A stretch of DNA of 64,000 nt from Promethearchaeota archaeon (GTDB lineage Archaea; Asgardarchaeota; Lokiarchaeia; Sigyniarchaeales; SOKP01). Where the stretch lies: the NCBI GenBank assembly GCA_016839585.1, contig JAEOTZ010000042.1, positions 1-64,000 on the forward strand, given 5' to 3'. Made by a program: the position numbers and the translations under genes. Below the pieces are notes generated by a model. The model was not told where the DNA came from. It ran no database searches and worked only from the letters and a program-made list of their open reading frames with translations. Shown one piece after another: positions 8,248 to 18,454 of the stretch (within the stretch, counting starts at the first letter, position 1; the number at the start of each line of letters is the position of its first letter).

Positions 8248-9144
8248 TTAATTTTGAAGAAATCTAGCGTCATTAGAAATTATTTCTAATGCTTTCAATG
8301 CACTAATTTCTTTATCTTTTATTTCCAGCATAAGGTCAAAGTCAAAATCTCTTGTGAGGTAAATAAAATTTTTAAAATGAATTAGATCTATGGTATCAGC
8401 ATGACTAGGTCTTTTTTTAATAGGATGTTCAGAACTATAATGAATGATTGGGATTCCATCTTTTTCTTTCCATGTATCTGAAACTCTTTTAAAAGCTTCC
8501 TTGATCTGCTCTCCTAAATTATTACATTGATGGTGATAGACATCGAAGATAATTGGTATGCTTGCTTTTTCGTTTATTTTTAAGCAATCGCTAAGGGTAT
8601 AATTCTTATCATCATTTTCAATAACTAAACGATTTTTTATCTTATTATCAAGTCTAAAATATCTATTGATAAAACGCTCCATGCTCGCTTTTTTATCTCC
8701 ATAAACTCCTCCTACATGGATTTGAATTTTAGCAGAATAATCGAGATTAATTAAGTCTAATACGTCCACGTGATAAAATAATTCTTTTAGACTACTTTCA
8801 TAAACTTTTTCATTGATTGAATTTAAGACCGTATATTGACCTGGATGCATAGTAATTCTCATTTTATTTTTTCTTATAAAAGCGCCTAAATCTTCAAAAG
8901 CAGTTTTAAAATGCTTTTTCCATTCAAAATCTAAAATAGGATGAGAAGCAAACGGAATTAAATCAGAAGTAATTCGAAAGAATAAAATTTTGTTATCTTT
9001 ATTAAATTCTAAAATCTTTTGTAGGCAATTTAAATTTGCTTCTATTGTGCTTTCAAGTCTTTCTTTTGAGTAATTTTTTAATCTGAACGTATGGTTACTC
9101 CGACAATCTAAAGTTAGATTAATGCAAGGATACCCTATTTTCAT
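8248..9144 (-). CDS. uvsE: UV DNA damage repair endonuclease
   Basis: KIGYPCIN, FFRITSDLIPFASHP, MHPGQY, IHVGG, LVIENDD, FDVYHH, MLEIKDKE. Confidence 0.93.
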   Translation of the reverse strand: MKIGYPCINLTLDCRSNHTFRLKNYSKERLESTIEANLNCLQKILEFNKDNKILFFRITSDLIPFASHPILDFEWKKHFKTAFEDLGAFIRKNKMRITMHPGQYTVLNSINEKVYESSLKELFYHVDVLDLINLDYSAKIQIHVGGVYGDKKASMERFINRYFRLDNKIKNRLVIENDDKNYTLSDCLKINEKASIPIIFDVYHHQCNNLGEQIKEAFKRVSDTWKEKDGIPIIHYSSEHPIKKRPSHADTIDLIHFKNFIYLTRDFDFDLMLEIKDKEISALKALEIISNDARFLQN

Positions 9145-9361
9145 TTTTTAATGCTAAAAGATTCATTTTTTCCTAATTCTTATTAAATTTCTAAATTGTA
9201 AATTAAAAAACTTAGTTTTAATAAATTATAACTAGAGTTTAACAATAAAATACAGAATTCAATTAAAAAAATATTATAAACGATAAGCAAAATCATTTTA
9301 AAGATTTCTTTATTTATCGAGGTTAAGTTTGAATCATAATTATTGATTAAGATGAGAAATT

Positions 9362-9892
9362 TTGAGTAAAGAAATTTATAAGTGGGAAATAATCGGAATG
9401 GTTTTTATTATTCTAGTCGGTTCATTTTTTCATTTTATTTTTGAATTATCTGGTGAAAATTTAATTATCGCTGGAATCGCACCTGTAAATGAAAGTGTTT
9501 GGGAGCATTTAAAGTTAGGTTATTGGCCTTTAGTATTTTTTTCTCTAATTGAATATCGATTTATAAAAGATGAGGCTAAAAATTTAGGAATAGCTAAATT
9601 ATTGGCAGCTCTAACTATTATAGCGACAATTATCGTAATATTTTATTCCTATACTGCTATTATTGGGGAAGAAATTTTATTTATTGATATTCTAAGTTTT
9701 ATCTTAGGAGTTATTTTTGGACAAATTGTAAGCTATAAATTAATGAGTAGCTCAAAATTACCACAATGGACTAATATGCTTTCTTGGATACTTTTTGTAG
9801 GGTTAGGATTTCTTTTTATATTATTCACGTTTTACCCACCAAAATTACCAATTTTCAAAGATGGTGTTACTGGTGGATATGGAATAGTATAA
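9362..9892 (+). CDS. Conserved membrane protein (PVNESVWEHLKL family)
   Basis: About 5 TM segments; HFIFELSG and PVNESVWEHLKL motifs. Confidence 0.7.
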   Translation: MSKEIYKWEIIGMVFIILVGSFFHFIFELSGENLIIAGIAPVNESVWEHLKLGYWPLVFFSLIEYRFIKDEAKNLGIAKLLAALTIIATIIVIFYSYTAIIGEEILFIDILSFILGVIFGQIVSYKLMSSSKLPQWTNMLSWILFVGLGFLFILFTFYPPKLPIFKDGVTGGYGIV

Positions 9893-9909
9893 ATTAAGAG
9901 TAATTCCAT

Positions 9910-10695
9910 TTACCTTAAGTAAAATTCCTTTCTTCTATCATTAATAATATCATTGAATTTATTCAGTTTCTTATCTCTAGCTTTTTCTATATCAATTTCT
10001 ACAAGATCCACAGATACTTTATCTAAGGGGGCTGATGATAAGACCTTTCCGTCATATGAAGTAATTTGACTCTCCCCTGTGAAATTAAAATTATCCTCGC
10101 CCCTTATCTCTCGTCCAATTCGGTTAGCTGTTAAACCATAAACTCTATTTTCCAAACATCGTGTAGTCATTGCTTTTTGGCAATATGGAAGTACTAAATT
10201 TGCTGGATGAGCAATGATATCGGTCCCAAGAAGAGTTAGAGATCGAGCAGTTTCAGGAAAGAACCAATCAAAGCATATCATTATGCCTATGTTGACTCCA
10301 TTAATTTCATATACTTTTAATGGTCTGTTACCGGGAGCAAACCATAATTTTTCTTTATAATATAAGTGAAGTTTTCGATACACTCCCAACAACTCTGAAT
10401 CAGATATTATCATAGCAGAATTATATAAATCCTCTTTTTCTTTTTCTATAAACCCTCCAACTATAGTAGCCGATGTTTTTTTAGATAGACTCTTTAAAAA
10501 TTCAGCAGTCTGTCCGTCTAATCCTTCCGATAATGATTCCGCTTCCTTTTTAGAAATAAATGTATAACCTGTAGCAAACAATTCAGGTAAAACTAGTAAA
10601 TCTGCTTTTACTTTGAAAGTGAGTTCTGTAACTTGATCAAAATTTATTTCTTTTTCACCAAAAATGGGAGATGTTTGAATATATCCAACTTTCAT
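9910..10695 (-). CDS. Carbon-nitrogen hydrolase (nitrilase family)
   Basis: E-K-C triad: LPELF, YRKLHL, ICFDWFFPE. Confidence 0.9.
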   Translation of the reverse strand: MKVGYIQTSPIFGEKEINFDQVTELTFKVKADLLVLPELFATGYTFISKKEAESLSEGLDGQTAEFLKSLSKKTSATIVGGFIEKEKEDLYNSAMIISDSELLGVYRKLHLYYKEKLWFAPGNRPLKVYEINGVNIGIMICFDWFFPETARSLTLLGTDIIAHPANLVLPYCQKAMTTRCLENRVYGLTANRIGREIRGEDNFNFTGESQITSYDGKVLSSAPLDKVSVDLVEIDIEKARDKKLNKFNDIINDRRKEFYLR

Positions 10696-10745
10696 TTAAA
10701 TCACAATTATTTGTAATTAGTGAAAAATTAGAAGATATGGTTATA

Positions 10746-11594
10746 TCATTTGATTTTTGTGTCTTTGTCTTTTCTTACAGTATATAAATCTTCATACTGG
10801 GCAGTTGAGATTGCTCGTTCTTTAAACTGCCTTTCAATTATATCTTCTAAACCATCTTCAAAGAATACATTCTTTTTGAATTTCTTTGCGGGGGCTCCTA
10901 CATAAATAAAGTTCTCATCTAATACTTGACCTACAGTAGTCATCGAACTCCCTGCTAGAATAGAATTCTTTTTGATATGGGTTCCTGGCATTACTACACT
11001 ATGAGCACCGACCATTACATTATCCTCTAAAACGGTTTTTCTTAATATAAATAAATTTCCGATTATAATTGCTGATTGGATAAGAGCCGATTGGCCAATT
11101 GTCACGCTTTTACCAAAATCTATGAATTCTGTATCAATAAAACCCTCAAAGAGAGAATTTGAATATTTTGTTTTAATCCCAAATAATTTTAAACATATAT
11201 TATCCATAAATGGGAAGGGAAATTTGTGAGATAACCATAATGGCCATTTTTTTATAACACTTCTTAAGCACCAATATCGATAATCCTTATCAGAAGGATC
11301 TCTAAGAAACACGCCTTCTCGAGGTTTATGAATTACATTAATAATAACCAGAAAGATTTTAGCAAATATTAATGAGACCGCGATGGATGTTATATACATT
11401 ACAAAAATCAAAAGTGGTAAAAGAACTAAAAAATGTATAAACCTAGGCTCATAGAGTTTCCATAGCAACCAAAATTCAAATTGAATTGAAAATATACTAA
11501 TCCAAATAAGAAATATATAAAAAATTAAGTATCTCTTTTTAACTAAAAGTAATGTTGTATGTGGTCCACATTTTAAACTTGCAGGTACTGACAT
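10746..11594 (-). CDS. 2TM + LbH acyltransferase-like unit 3
   Basis: TM pair, KPREGVF..DYRYW, hexapeptide repeats (VMVGAHSVVMPG), YVGAPAK. Confidence 0.75.
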   Translation of the reverse strand: MSVPASLKCGPHTTLLLVKKRYLIFYIFLIWISIFSIQFEFWLLWKLYEPRFIHFLVLLPLLIFVMYITSIAVSLIFAKIFLVIINVIHKPREGVFLRDPSDKDYRYWCLRSVIKKWPLWLSHKFPFPFMDNICLKLFGIKTKYSNSLFEGFIDTEFIDFGKSVTIGQSALIQSAIIIGNLFILRKTVLEDNVMVGAHSVVMPGTHIKKNSILAGSSMTTVGQVLDENFIYVGAPAKKFKKNVFFEDGLEDIIERQFKERAISTAQYEDLYTVRKDKDTKIK

Positions 11595-11600
11595 GATATC

Positions 11601-12503
11601 TTATTTCTCCTTATTATTATTATTTAGAAGTTCTTTTTTATCTTCATCAATATTTACTTCTTGTTTAATTTGATACTTAATTTCTTCATCTACATGCTTT
11701 TCATAAATTACTTCACGATTTTGTTCAGCATACTTGTTTGGTTTTAATTTCTTGGCAAATTGACCTAAATAAATCCAACCTGCTTCTATCAATTGATTAG
11801 GAATAGTCGTGCTGAATGTGCCAATTACAGATTCTTTACCCATTTTCGTACCTGGCGCTATATTTGAAACACCTCCAACAACTGTATAATCACCAAGGAT
11901 TACAGTTTTAATTATTAGATACTTTCCAACAACCATTGACCCCATCACAACAGCACCTTGCCCTACAGTTACATTTCGACCAAATTTAATGAATCCCCCA
12001 CTCGCCCAGGCATCTTGCATATGACTAGAAAAATCAACATGGATACCCATCCATCTAAAACCCCACATTACAATCCAGGGTAAAGGTCCATTACTCATAA
12101 ACCAAAGGGCTAGCTTTTTTAGTTCTACACGTACTCTCCAAAATTCATAATCTAGATCGCCCTCTTCAGCCCTGAAAACACCTTCTTTAGGTTTATGAAC
12201 CATATTTATTATTAGAAGGAATGCTTTTGTGAAGATGGCAATACCAAATACAAAAATAAAATATAATACAAACAACCATACAGGTATAAGAAACATAGTA
12301 ATTATCCAATTATTAATTAATCTCGAGACATCAAAGAAAACAGTTAATGCCATATATCCGGAAACCCACATAATAGGGATATATAAAGCAAGGAATTTAT
12401 AACCCATTTTACTTATAGCACTAGTAGTTACAAAATCAATAATATAATCTGGTTTTTCATTATTTTTCTTATTCGAGTCAAATTTTGCTAGTGGGTCATT
12501 CAT
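11601..12503 (-). CDS. 2TM + LbH acyltransferase-like unit 2
   Basis: TM pair, KPKEGVF..DYEFW, VTVGQGAVV, VVGGVSNIAPG. Confidence 0.75.
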   Translation of the reverse strand: MNDPLAKFDSNKKNNEKPDYIIDFVTTSAISKMGYKFLALYIPIMWVSGYMALTVFFDVSRLINNWIITMFLIPVWLFVLYFIFVFGIAIFTKAFLLIINMVHKPKEGVFRAEEGDLDYEFWRVRVELKKLALWFMSNGPLPWIVMWGFRWMGIHVDFSSHMQDAWASGGFIKFGRNVTVGQGAVVMGSMVVGKYLIIKTVILGDYTVVGGVSNIAPGTKMGKESVIGTFSTTIPNQLIEAGWIYLGQFAKKLKPNKYAEQNREVIYEKHVDEEIKYQIKQEVNIDEDKKELLNNNNKEK

Positions 12504-12527
12504 TTTTACTTTCCTTGAAATTTTTTT

Positions 12528-13421
12528 TTATTTTAGCTTCAAATTTTGTTTTAATTCTTCTGCTCTTTTCAGATCGTTCTCTGTAATTTGTAAATATTCC
12601 ATAAGCCTTTTCTTAAAGATTTTCCTGAGGGGAGCTCCAAAATAATACGAGTTCCCTTTTAAGATATTATATTTTGTTGCTCCTGTCATTGGTAACAACC
12701 AAGAATTATTTCCGGTGTCCACACCAGGAGCAAAACAATTAAATCCTGCGGCAGTTACGTTATTTCCTATTTTCACTTTTGCGAAAGAAATATTTCCAAA
12801 AATTCCCTCAACTGCATGTGAACTGATACCTGGATTTGTCCCAATATAGCTATTTTCTCCAACTTCTACAAATCTATCCCCTGCAAGTTGTTCCTCAATG
12901 ACAGATCCTTTCCCTATTTTATTAGTCCCTACAAAGTTATACATCCATTTTAACAACCAGGGAAATGGACCTCGAGAAAAAGCATTTTTGGGATATTTAA
13001 TAATAAAACTTTTGAAATGGTACAAATCTAAAGTCTTACTAGGTATATTTCGAGGGATAATGCCTGATTTGGAAGGAGATTTTTTTTCCGAGTAGTTCCA
13101 AAACCAGCGAGTTACTAGAGCTACAATAAACAAATGTATTAAATAGCATATTATAATAACAAATGGTATAGTTATGGAGGCAATGAGAGAAGGTAAATTA
13201 GTAAAAATAAACATAAAATTTTTTATTTCCAAAAAATAAGGTAAATAAAAAAGCATCATGTACGTCATAAAAATTATACTTGGGATTAAAAAAGAGCAAA
13301 AATAGATGACATAGAACAGTGGTAACCATAAACGTAAATTTAAACTAATTTCTTCTTTAATAATCGTATTTCCTGAATTTTCTTTCTGATCTGAACTTTT
13401 TGACTCCAACTTTTTTCCCAA
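12528..13421 (-). CDS. 2TM + LbH acyltransferase-like unit 1
   Basis: TM pair, KIGKGSVI, SSHAVEG, KIGNNV, YFGAP. Confidence 0.75.
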   Translation of the reverse strand: MGKKLESKSSDQKENSGNTIIKEEISLNLRLWLPLFYVIYFCSFLIPSIIFMTYMMLFYLPYFLEIKNFMFIFTNLPSLIASITIPFVIIICYLIHLFIVALVTRWFWNYSEKKSPSKSGIIPRNIPSKTLDLYHFKSFIIKYPKNAFSRGPFPWLLKWMYNFVGTNKIGKGSVIEEQLAGDRFVEVGENSYIGTNPGISSHAVEGIFGNISFAKVKIGNNVTAAGFNCFAPGVDTGNNSWLLPMTGATKYNILKGNSYYFGAPLRKIFKKRLMEYLQITENDLKRAEELKQNLKLK

Positions 13422-13542
13422 ATAAGTTATATATTTCCTTTTTTAACGCTTTTTTTGTATATTTCTTGATTATATACTTTTGAACATTTAAAAATTTTCA
13501 GATTCAAAATCATAGGATAAGTGGAAAAAAATATAAAGAAAA

Positions 13543-14379
13543 TTATTTTTTCTTTTTAGGGAACCAAGGAATAAAAGTGCTGGTTCTTCTTTTATATTCT
13601 GCGAATTCATCGTCTCCTTCATGGATTTTGTTTAATAGTCGCACTCCTGATACATTTATTATTTGGAACGTGATATAGGCAGGAGCAAAAAAAGTAATAA
13701 AGCCCCAGGGTACTCCTAGAGCAATGATAAAAATTCCCCACCACATTGTTGTTTCCCCGAAGTAATTAGGATGTTGTGTATATTTCCATAAACCTTCATC
13801 CATTACTTTTTTCGTTCTGTTAGGATTATTTAAGAATTTATAGAGTTGGTAATCTCCAATCGTTTCAAAGTAAAAACCAATAATCCATATTAAAGTACCA
13901 ATCCATAGTGTTAATCCTGTGAAATCTAATAAATTTTCAACTTGAGGACTTTCAATGATATTAATCCATAATACTGAAAAAACAACAATGAAAACGACTA
14001 ATCCCTGGAATAAATATATCTTAGTTAAACTCTTTAGAGCTACATTTTTACCACTTTCTTTCCATCGTTTTCTCATTGCGGCATAACGGCGATCTTCTGG
14101 TTTTCCTCGATTTCTAATATATACATAAGTACTTAGCCTTATCGCCCATAATAAAACTAATATTGTTACAATTAACTGGCGAATTAAAAAAGTCTCATTT
14201 AATACAAAATAGAAGTACAAGCTTGTAAAGGCAACCACAAAATACGCAGGTCCATAAAAAATGTCCATTATTGCGTTATTTTTTTTTATTGTACCAACAA
14301 GAAAAGCTATTAGAATGTAAATAAAAAGCGCTAACGCCGCATAGCCAACTATTAACAACGAATTATTAATAAAAATCAT
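13543..14379 (-). CDS. DUF1295 family (steroid 5-alpha-reductase/ICMT-like) membrane protein
   Basis: EDRRY, GDYQL, GLWKYTQHPNYFGE, Y..RTS.FIPW. Confidence 0.85.
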   Translation of the reverse strand: MIFINNSLLIVGYAALALFIYILIAFLVGTIKKNNAIMDIFYGPAYFVVAFTSLYFYFVLNETFLIRQLIVTILVLLWAIRLSTYVYIRNRGKPEDRRYAAMRKRWKESGKNVALKSLTKIYLFQGLVVFIVVFSVLWINIIESPQVENLLDFTGLTLWIGTLIWIIGFYFETIGDYQLYKFLNNPNRTKKVMDEGLWKYTQHPNYFGETTMWWGIFIIALGVPWGFITFFAPAYITFQIINVSGVRLLNKIHEGDDEFAEYKRRTSTFIPWFPKKKK

Positions 14380-14846
14380 ATTTATTTCTCTCTAAACTAA
14401 AATTTATGTTTTAATTTTATTATAATAATTGATAAACGATTTTCCTCCATTTAAATTTTTTATTTATTTTTTATTAATTGCATTTGCCACTAATTCCAGC
14501 ATTTAAAAATTAGTAAACATCTAATCAGTTTTTTCTTTAAATGTATTGAAAATATGTATAAAATGTGTCTTAACGACAATATTTCGACAAAAAATAAAGA
14601 AACACTTATTCCAAATAAACGTTAAAAATTTATTTTAAAATTAACGTTAATATCATAGATTCTAAAAAACATTTAATTAAAGAATTAAAAGAGGTTAATC
14701 AATCGATTAATAAAATTCAAACATTAATTTTATATTGTATAATATCATTAAGTAATAGGTAGGTTAAGGCAATTTAAATTATATTTTAATATATTAAGCC
14801 GACAAAATCTAAATTATAAATATTCTCATAATAAAGGAGGAAAATA

Positions 14847-17081
14847 ATGACCAATAACTCATTCTCGTTAACAGATCTGTACCCAAAATATGTAATCAAT
14901 TCAAAAGGCGAAAAGAAAAAATTCGATGAGAACAATATTGCTAAAGTGCTAAACAAAGAGACAGGCTTGGATATGCACATTGCTGAAAAAGTTGCTGAAG
15001 ATGTAATAAGAAAAATAATAGGTCTTGGAATAGAGGAGATTACGACTAATTATATTAGAGAACTAGTTTGTGTGGAATTAACTCAACGCGGCTTGAATAA
15101 ATATAGAAATCTGTTCGCTCGAGCTATAAATTTGGAGAATATCAGCTTTAAATTAGATGAGACTTTTATTGAAAATTATATAGGAAAGCAGCCATCTTTC
15201 GGTCCATTAGGTTATATTACATATAAAAGAACATATGCCAGAATAATTGAAAGTGAAAACAGAAAAGAAGAATTCTGGGAAACCATTAGAAGAGTGGTTG
15301 AGGGTTGTTATTCAATCCAAAAAGAACATTGTATTAAACTTAGTTTACCATGGAGCGATGCAAAAGCTCAAAAATCTGCTCAAACCATGTTTAAAAAGAT
15401 ATGGGATTTCAAATTTTTGCCTCCTGGAAGAGGTTTATGGATGATGGGGACAGAATTTATAGCACGCCATGGTTCTATGTCTTTAAATAACTGTGGATTC
15501 GCCTCTACAGAAGATATTGATCTAAAATATTCAAAAGCCTTTGAATTTGTAATGGATGCTTTAATGTTGGGGGTTGGAGTAGGTTTTGATACAAAAGGAG
15601 CAGGAAAATTTAAAATCAATAAGCCACAAGAAGGTAATTTTGACTATCAAATTCCTGATAGTAGAGAGGGTTGGGTTGAGGCTTTAAAATTAATACTTGA
15701 AGCTTATTTCTTAGGGAAGCAAGTTCCAACTTATAATTTTAGCCTCATTAGACCGGCAGGAGAACCAATAAGAGGCTTTGGAGGGATCGCCTCCGGACCA
15801 GGTCCTTTAAAAGAAATGCTCGAAGATATTCAAAACATATTGGAAGCCCGAGTTGGGCAACCGATTACCTCTGTTGATATTGTTGATATAATGAATTACA
15901 TTGGTAAATGTGTGGTAGCTGGTAACGTTAGAAGGAGCGCAGAAATTGCTTTAGGAGATCCAGCTGATTTAAGTTTTGTGACATGTAAACAAGATCAAGA
16001 AAAATTATATTCTCATAGATGGGCTAGTAACAATAGTGTTTTTGCTGTAAAGGGCTTGGATTATTCTTTTATCGCAAATCAAATAGCAGTTAATGGAGAG
16101 CCTGGAATTTTTTGGCTAGAAAATGCTAAGACTTATTCAAGAATGGGAGATAAACCAGATTTTAAAGATAAGAAAGCTGCAGGAGTAAATCCATGTGGAG
16201 AGCAAACTTTAGAATCATTTGAGCTCTGCTGTCTTGTAGAAACTTTTCCATCTAGACATGAATCTTATAAGGAATTTCAAGAGACTTTGAAATATGCTTA
16301 TCTCTATGCCAAATCTGTTACGCTTGTAAATACGCATTGGCAAGAAACTAATGCTGTTATGCTTAAAAATCGGAGGATGGGAATTTCCCAAACAGGGATA
16401 ATAGAAGCTTTTGTGAAATATGGGAGAAGATCTATATTAGAATGGTGTGATAAAGGATATAAATATTTACAGGAACTAGACGAACAATACTCTGGTTGGC
16501 TTTGTATACCGAAAAGTATAAAACTCACAACTGTAAAGCCAAGTGGGACCGTAAGTTTGCTCCCAGGAGTACCACCTGGTATTCATTATCCTCATTCTGA
16601 ATATTATATTAGAAGGATACGCATTTCAAAGAATTCTGACTTAATTAAACCACTTAAGAATGCGGGTTATTATATTGAAGAAGATTCATATTCACCAAAT
16701 ACAGTTGTTGTTGAATTCCCTGTCCATGAGAAATACTTCGATCGTTCAAAAAACGATGTATCTATCTGGGAACAAGCAGAGAATGCTGCTGCATATCAAA
16801 AGTATTGGTCTGATAATCAAGTATCAATAACAATTACATTTAAAGAAGAAGAGGCAGATCAAATTAAATATGTTCTTGAATGTTACGAAGATAAATTAAA
16901 AAGTGCTAGTTTTTTACCAATCAAGGAACATGGGTATAAGCAAGCTCCATATGAAGAAATAACAAAAGAAAAATATGAGGATATAATATCAAAAATAAAA
17001 CCTTTAGATTTAGATACTACTAAAGATCGAGCAATTGGAGAACGGTTTTGTGATACTGAAGCTTGTGAAGTTCGATTCTAG
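14847..17081 (+). CDS. nrdJ: Adenosylcobalamin-dependent class II ribonucleotide reductase (monomeric/RTPR type) with N-terminal ATP cone
   Basis: YKRTYAR, PPGRGLW, LNNC, NVRRSAEI, NPCGEQ, TTVKPSGTVS and C-terminal CxxxxC; N-terminal VINSKGEKKKFDENNI...IRELV..EL resembles an ATP cone. Confidence 0.9.
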   Translation: MTNNSFSLTDLYPKYVINSKGEKKKFDENNIAKVLNKETGLDMHIAEKVAEDVIRKIIGLGIEEITTNYIRELVCVELTQRGLNKYRNLFARAINLENISFKLDETFIENYIGKQPSFGPLGYITYKRTYARIIESENRKEEFWETIRRVVEGCYSIQKEHCIKLSLPWSDAKAQKSAQTMFKKIWDFKFLPPGRGLWMMGTEFIARHGSMSLNNCGFASTEDIDLKYSKAFEFVMDALMLGVGVGFDTKGAGKFKINKPQEGNFDYQIPDSREGWVEALKLILEAYFLGKQVPTYNFSLIRPAGEPIRGFGGIASGPGPLKEMLEDIQNILEARVGQPITSVDIVDIMNYIGKCVVAGNVRRSAEIALGDPADLSFVTCKQDQEKLYSHRWASNNSVFAVKGLDYSFIANQIAVNGEPGIFWLENAKTYSRMGDKPDFKDKKAAGVNPCGEQTLESFELCCLVETFPSRHESYKEFQETLKYAYLYAKSVTLVNTHWQETNAVMLKNRRMGISQTGIIEAFVKYGRRSILEWCDKGYKYLQELDEQYSGWLCIPKSIKLTTVKPSGTVSLLPGVPPGIHYPHSEYYIRRIRISKNSDLIKPLKNAGYYIEEDSYSPNTVVVEFPVHEKYFDRSKNDVSIWEQAENAAAYQKYWSDNQVSITITFKEEEADQIKYVLECYEDKLKSASFLPIKEHGYKQAPYEEITKEKYEDIISKIKPLDLDTTKDRAIGERFCDTEACEVRF

Positions 17082-17082
17082 C

Positions 17083-18201
17083 TTAACTTTTCTCAGCTCG
17101 AGCTAATTCCGCTTTTTTATCCATTATGGCTACATAGGTATTATATGAATTTTTTGGTGGAATAGTTTCTTTCTCCTTTTTATGAAGAGATATTGCTTCC
17201 GAGGTACAAGTTGGTACACAAACGCCGCAGCCTATACACCTTGCCTTATTTATATGTGATATATTATCTTCTAGCGTTACAGCATCCATATTGCAGCGCT
17301 CTTCACAGATGCCACAACCTGTACATAAATCTTCGTCCACTTCAGCATAATAATTAGATGCAAATAATTGAGCAGGCTCTGACACTCTTTTTTGATTTAC
17401 AAGGACTTCACAACAACAACCGCAACATGTACAAATGCTTCGCGGTCTTTGAGAGTTTGCTGGTTGAATTACTAAGCCATCTTCTTCAGCTTTTTCTAAA
17501 ATCCTTAGCGCTTCTTCTTTTGAAATTTCTCTACCTAGCCCTCTTTCTATATACATCTCTGCAGCTGTCCTAAACGAAAAACACGATTCCCGAAGATTTG
17601 TTTTCTTACAAGGCTCTCCAATAAGGTCTTTACTCTTTCTACAGACACATTCAGCCAAGGATATTGGACCACCAATATTCTCAAGTATCACTCTCAAATC
17701 ATCATAAGTAGAAATAGATTGCTCATATTCAATGCTTTGTTCTATTGGTATGGAACGTATTTGTGGAATCCCTGTTTTATTAAATTCTTTATCCCAAAAT
17801 GCTTCTTCGAAATATTGATATATATCTTTAACAAAATCTTCTGTCAATCGATTTAACTGATATTCAAACATACCCACTACAATTGGTGCAGAAGCATAAT
17901 ATTTTACTTCTACGTCACCCTCTTTTCTTTTTCCCACATTAATTGCACCTTTTTTATACATCACATCTAATTTCTGTTCAAGTTTTTCCATTGAAATACC
18001 GCTTTTTTTCATTCTTCTATAAATTGTCTTTAGTGGTTCAGGTTGAAAATTTAAATTTATAGCTATTCTTGCCTCTTCTGGAGTAAAAAGATGAGATAAA
18101 ATTCGTAGTTCTACTCCAGATTCCGTGGCAGGATATCCAACCGGCATCTTATCGAGATGTAGTTGCAATTCTCTATATACATCTAAACTTACTTCATTCA
18201 T
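17083..18201 (-). CDS. 4Fe-4S-binding protein with N-terminal winged-helix-like region
   Basis: CVCR, ICTCCGCCC and two CxxCxxCxxxC motifs. Confidence 0.8.
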   Translation of the reverse strand: MNEVSLDVYRELQLHLDKMPVGYPATESGVELRILSHLFTPEEARIAINLNFQPEPLKTIYRRMKKSGISMEKLEQKLDVMYKKGAINVGKRKEGDVEVKYYASAPIVVGMFEYQLNRLTEDFVKDIYQYFEEAFWDKEFNKTGIPQIRSIPIEQSIEYEQSISTYDDLRVILENIGGPISLAECVCRKSKDLIGEPCKKTNLRESCFSFRTAAEMYIERGLGREISKEEALRILEKAEEDGLVIQPANSQRPRSICTCCGCCCEVLVNQKRVSEPAQLFASNYYAEVDEDLCTGCGICEERCNMDAVTLEDNISHINKARCIGCGVCVPTCTSEAISLHKKEKETIPPKNSYNTYVAIMDKKAELARAEKS

Positions 18202-18454
18202 AATAAATACCTATATTTATTCCTAAAAAAAATTAATCGAAATGAATCAAAATTAGTAGGATAATATTTTATAACTAAAATCCTTATATTTTAGACGAGA
18301 TAAGAAATTTATAAAATACTACTAATTTTCTTTCCTTTGGAAAGAAAGGGTTAATCAATAAAAGATTAAAGTAAAAATTATATAGTATCCAAAAGAAAAT
18401 TACATTAACAATATAATATTTTAATAATCAAAAAATTGAAAAATGTGATAATTC

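Noticed and set aside
14380-14846. Cobalamin riboswitch or NrdR box upstream of nrdJ
   Set aside because: Very AT-rich; only short low-complexity palindromes (e.g. TTAACGTTAA) and no B12-box consensus.
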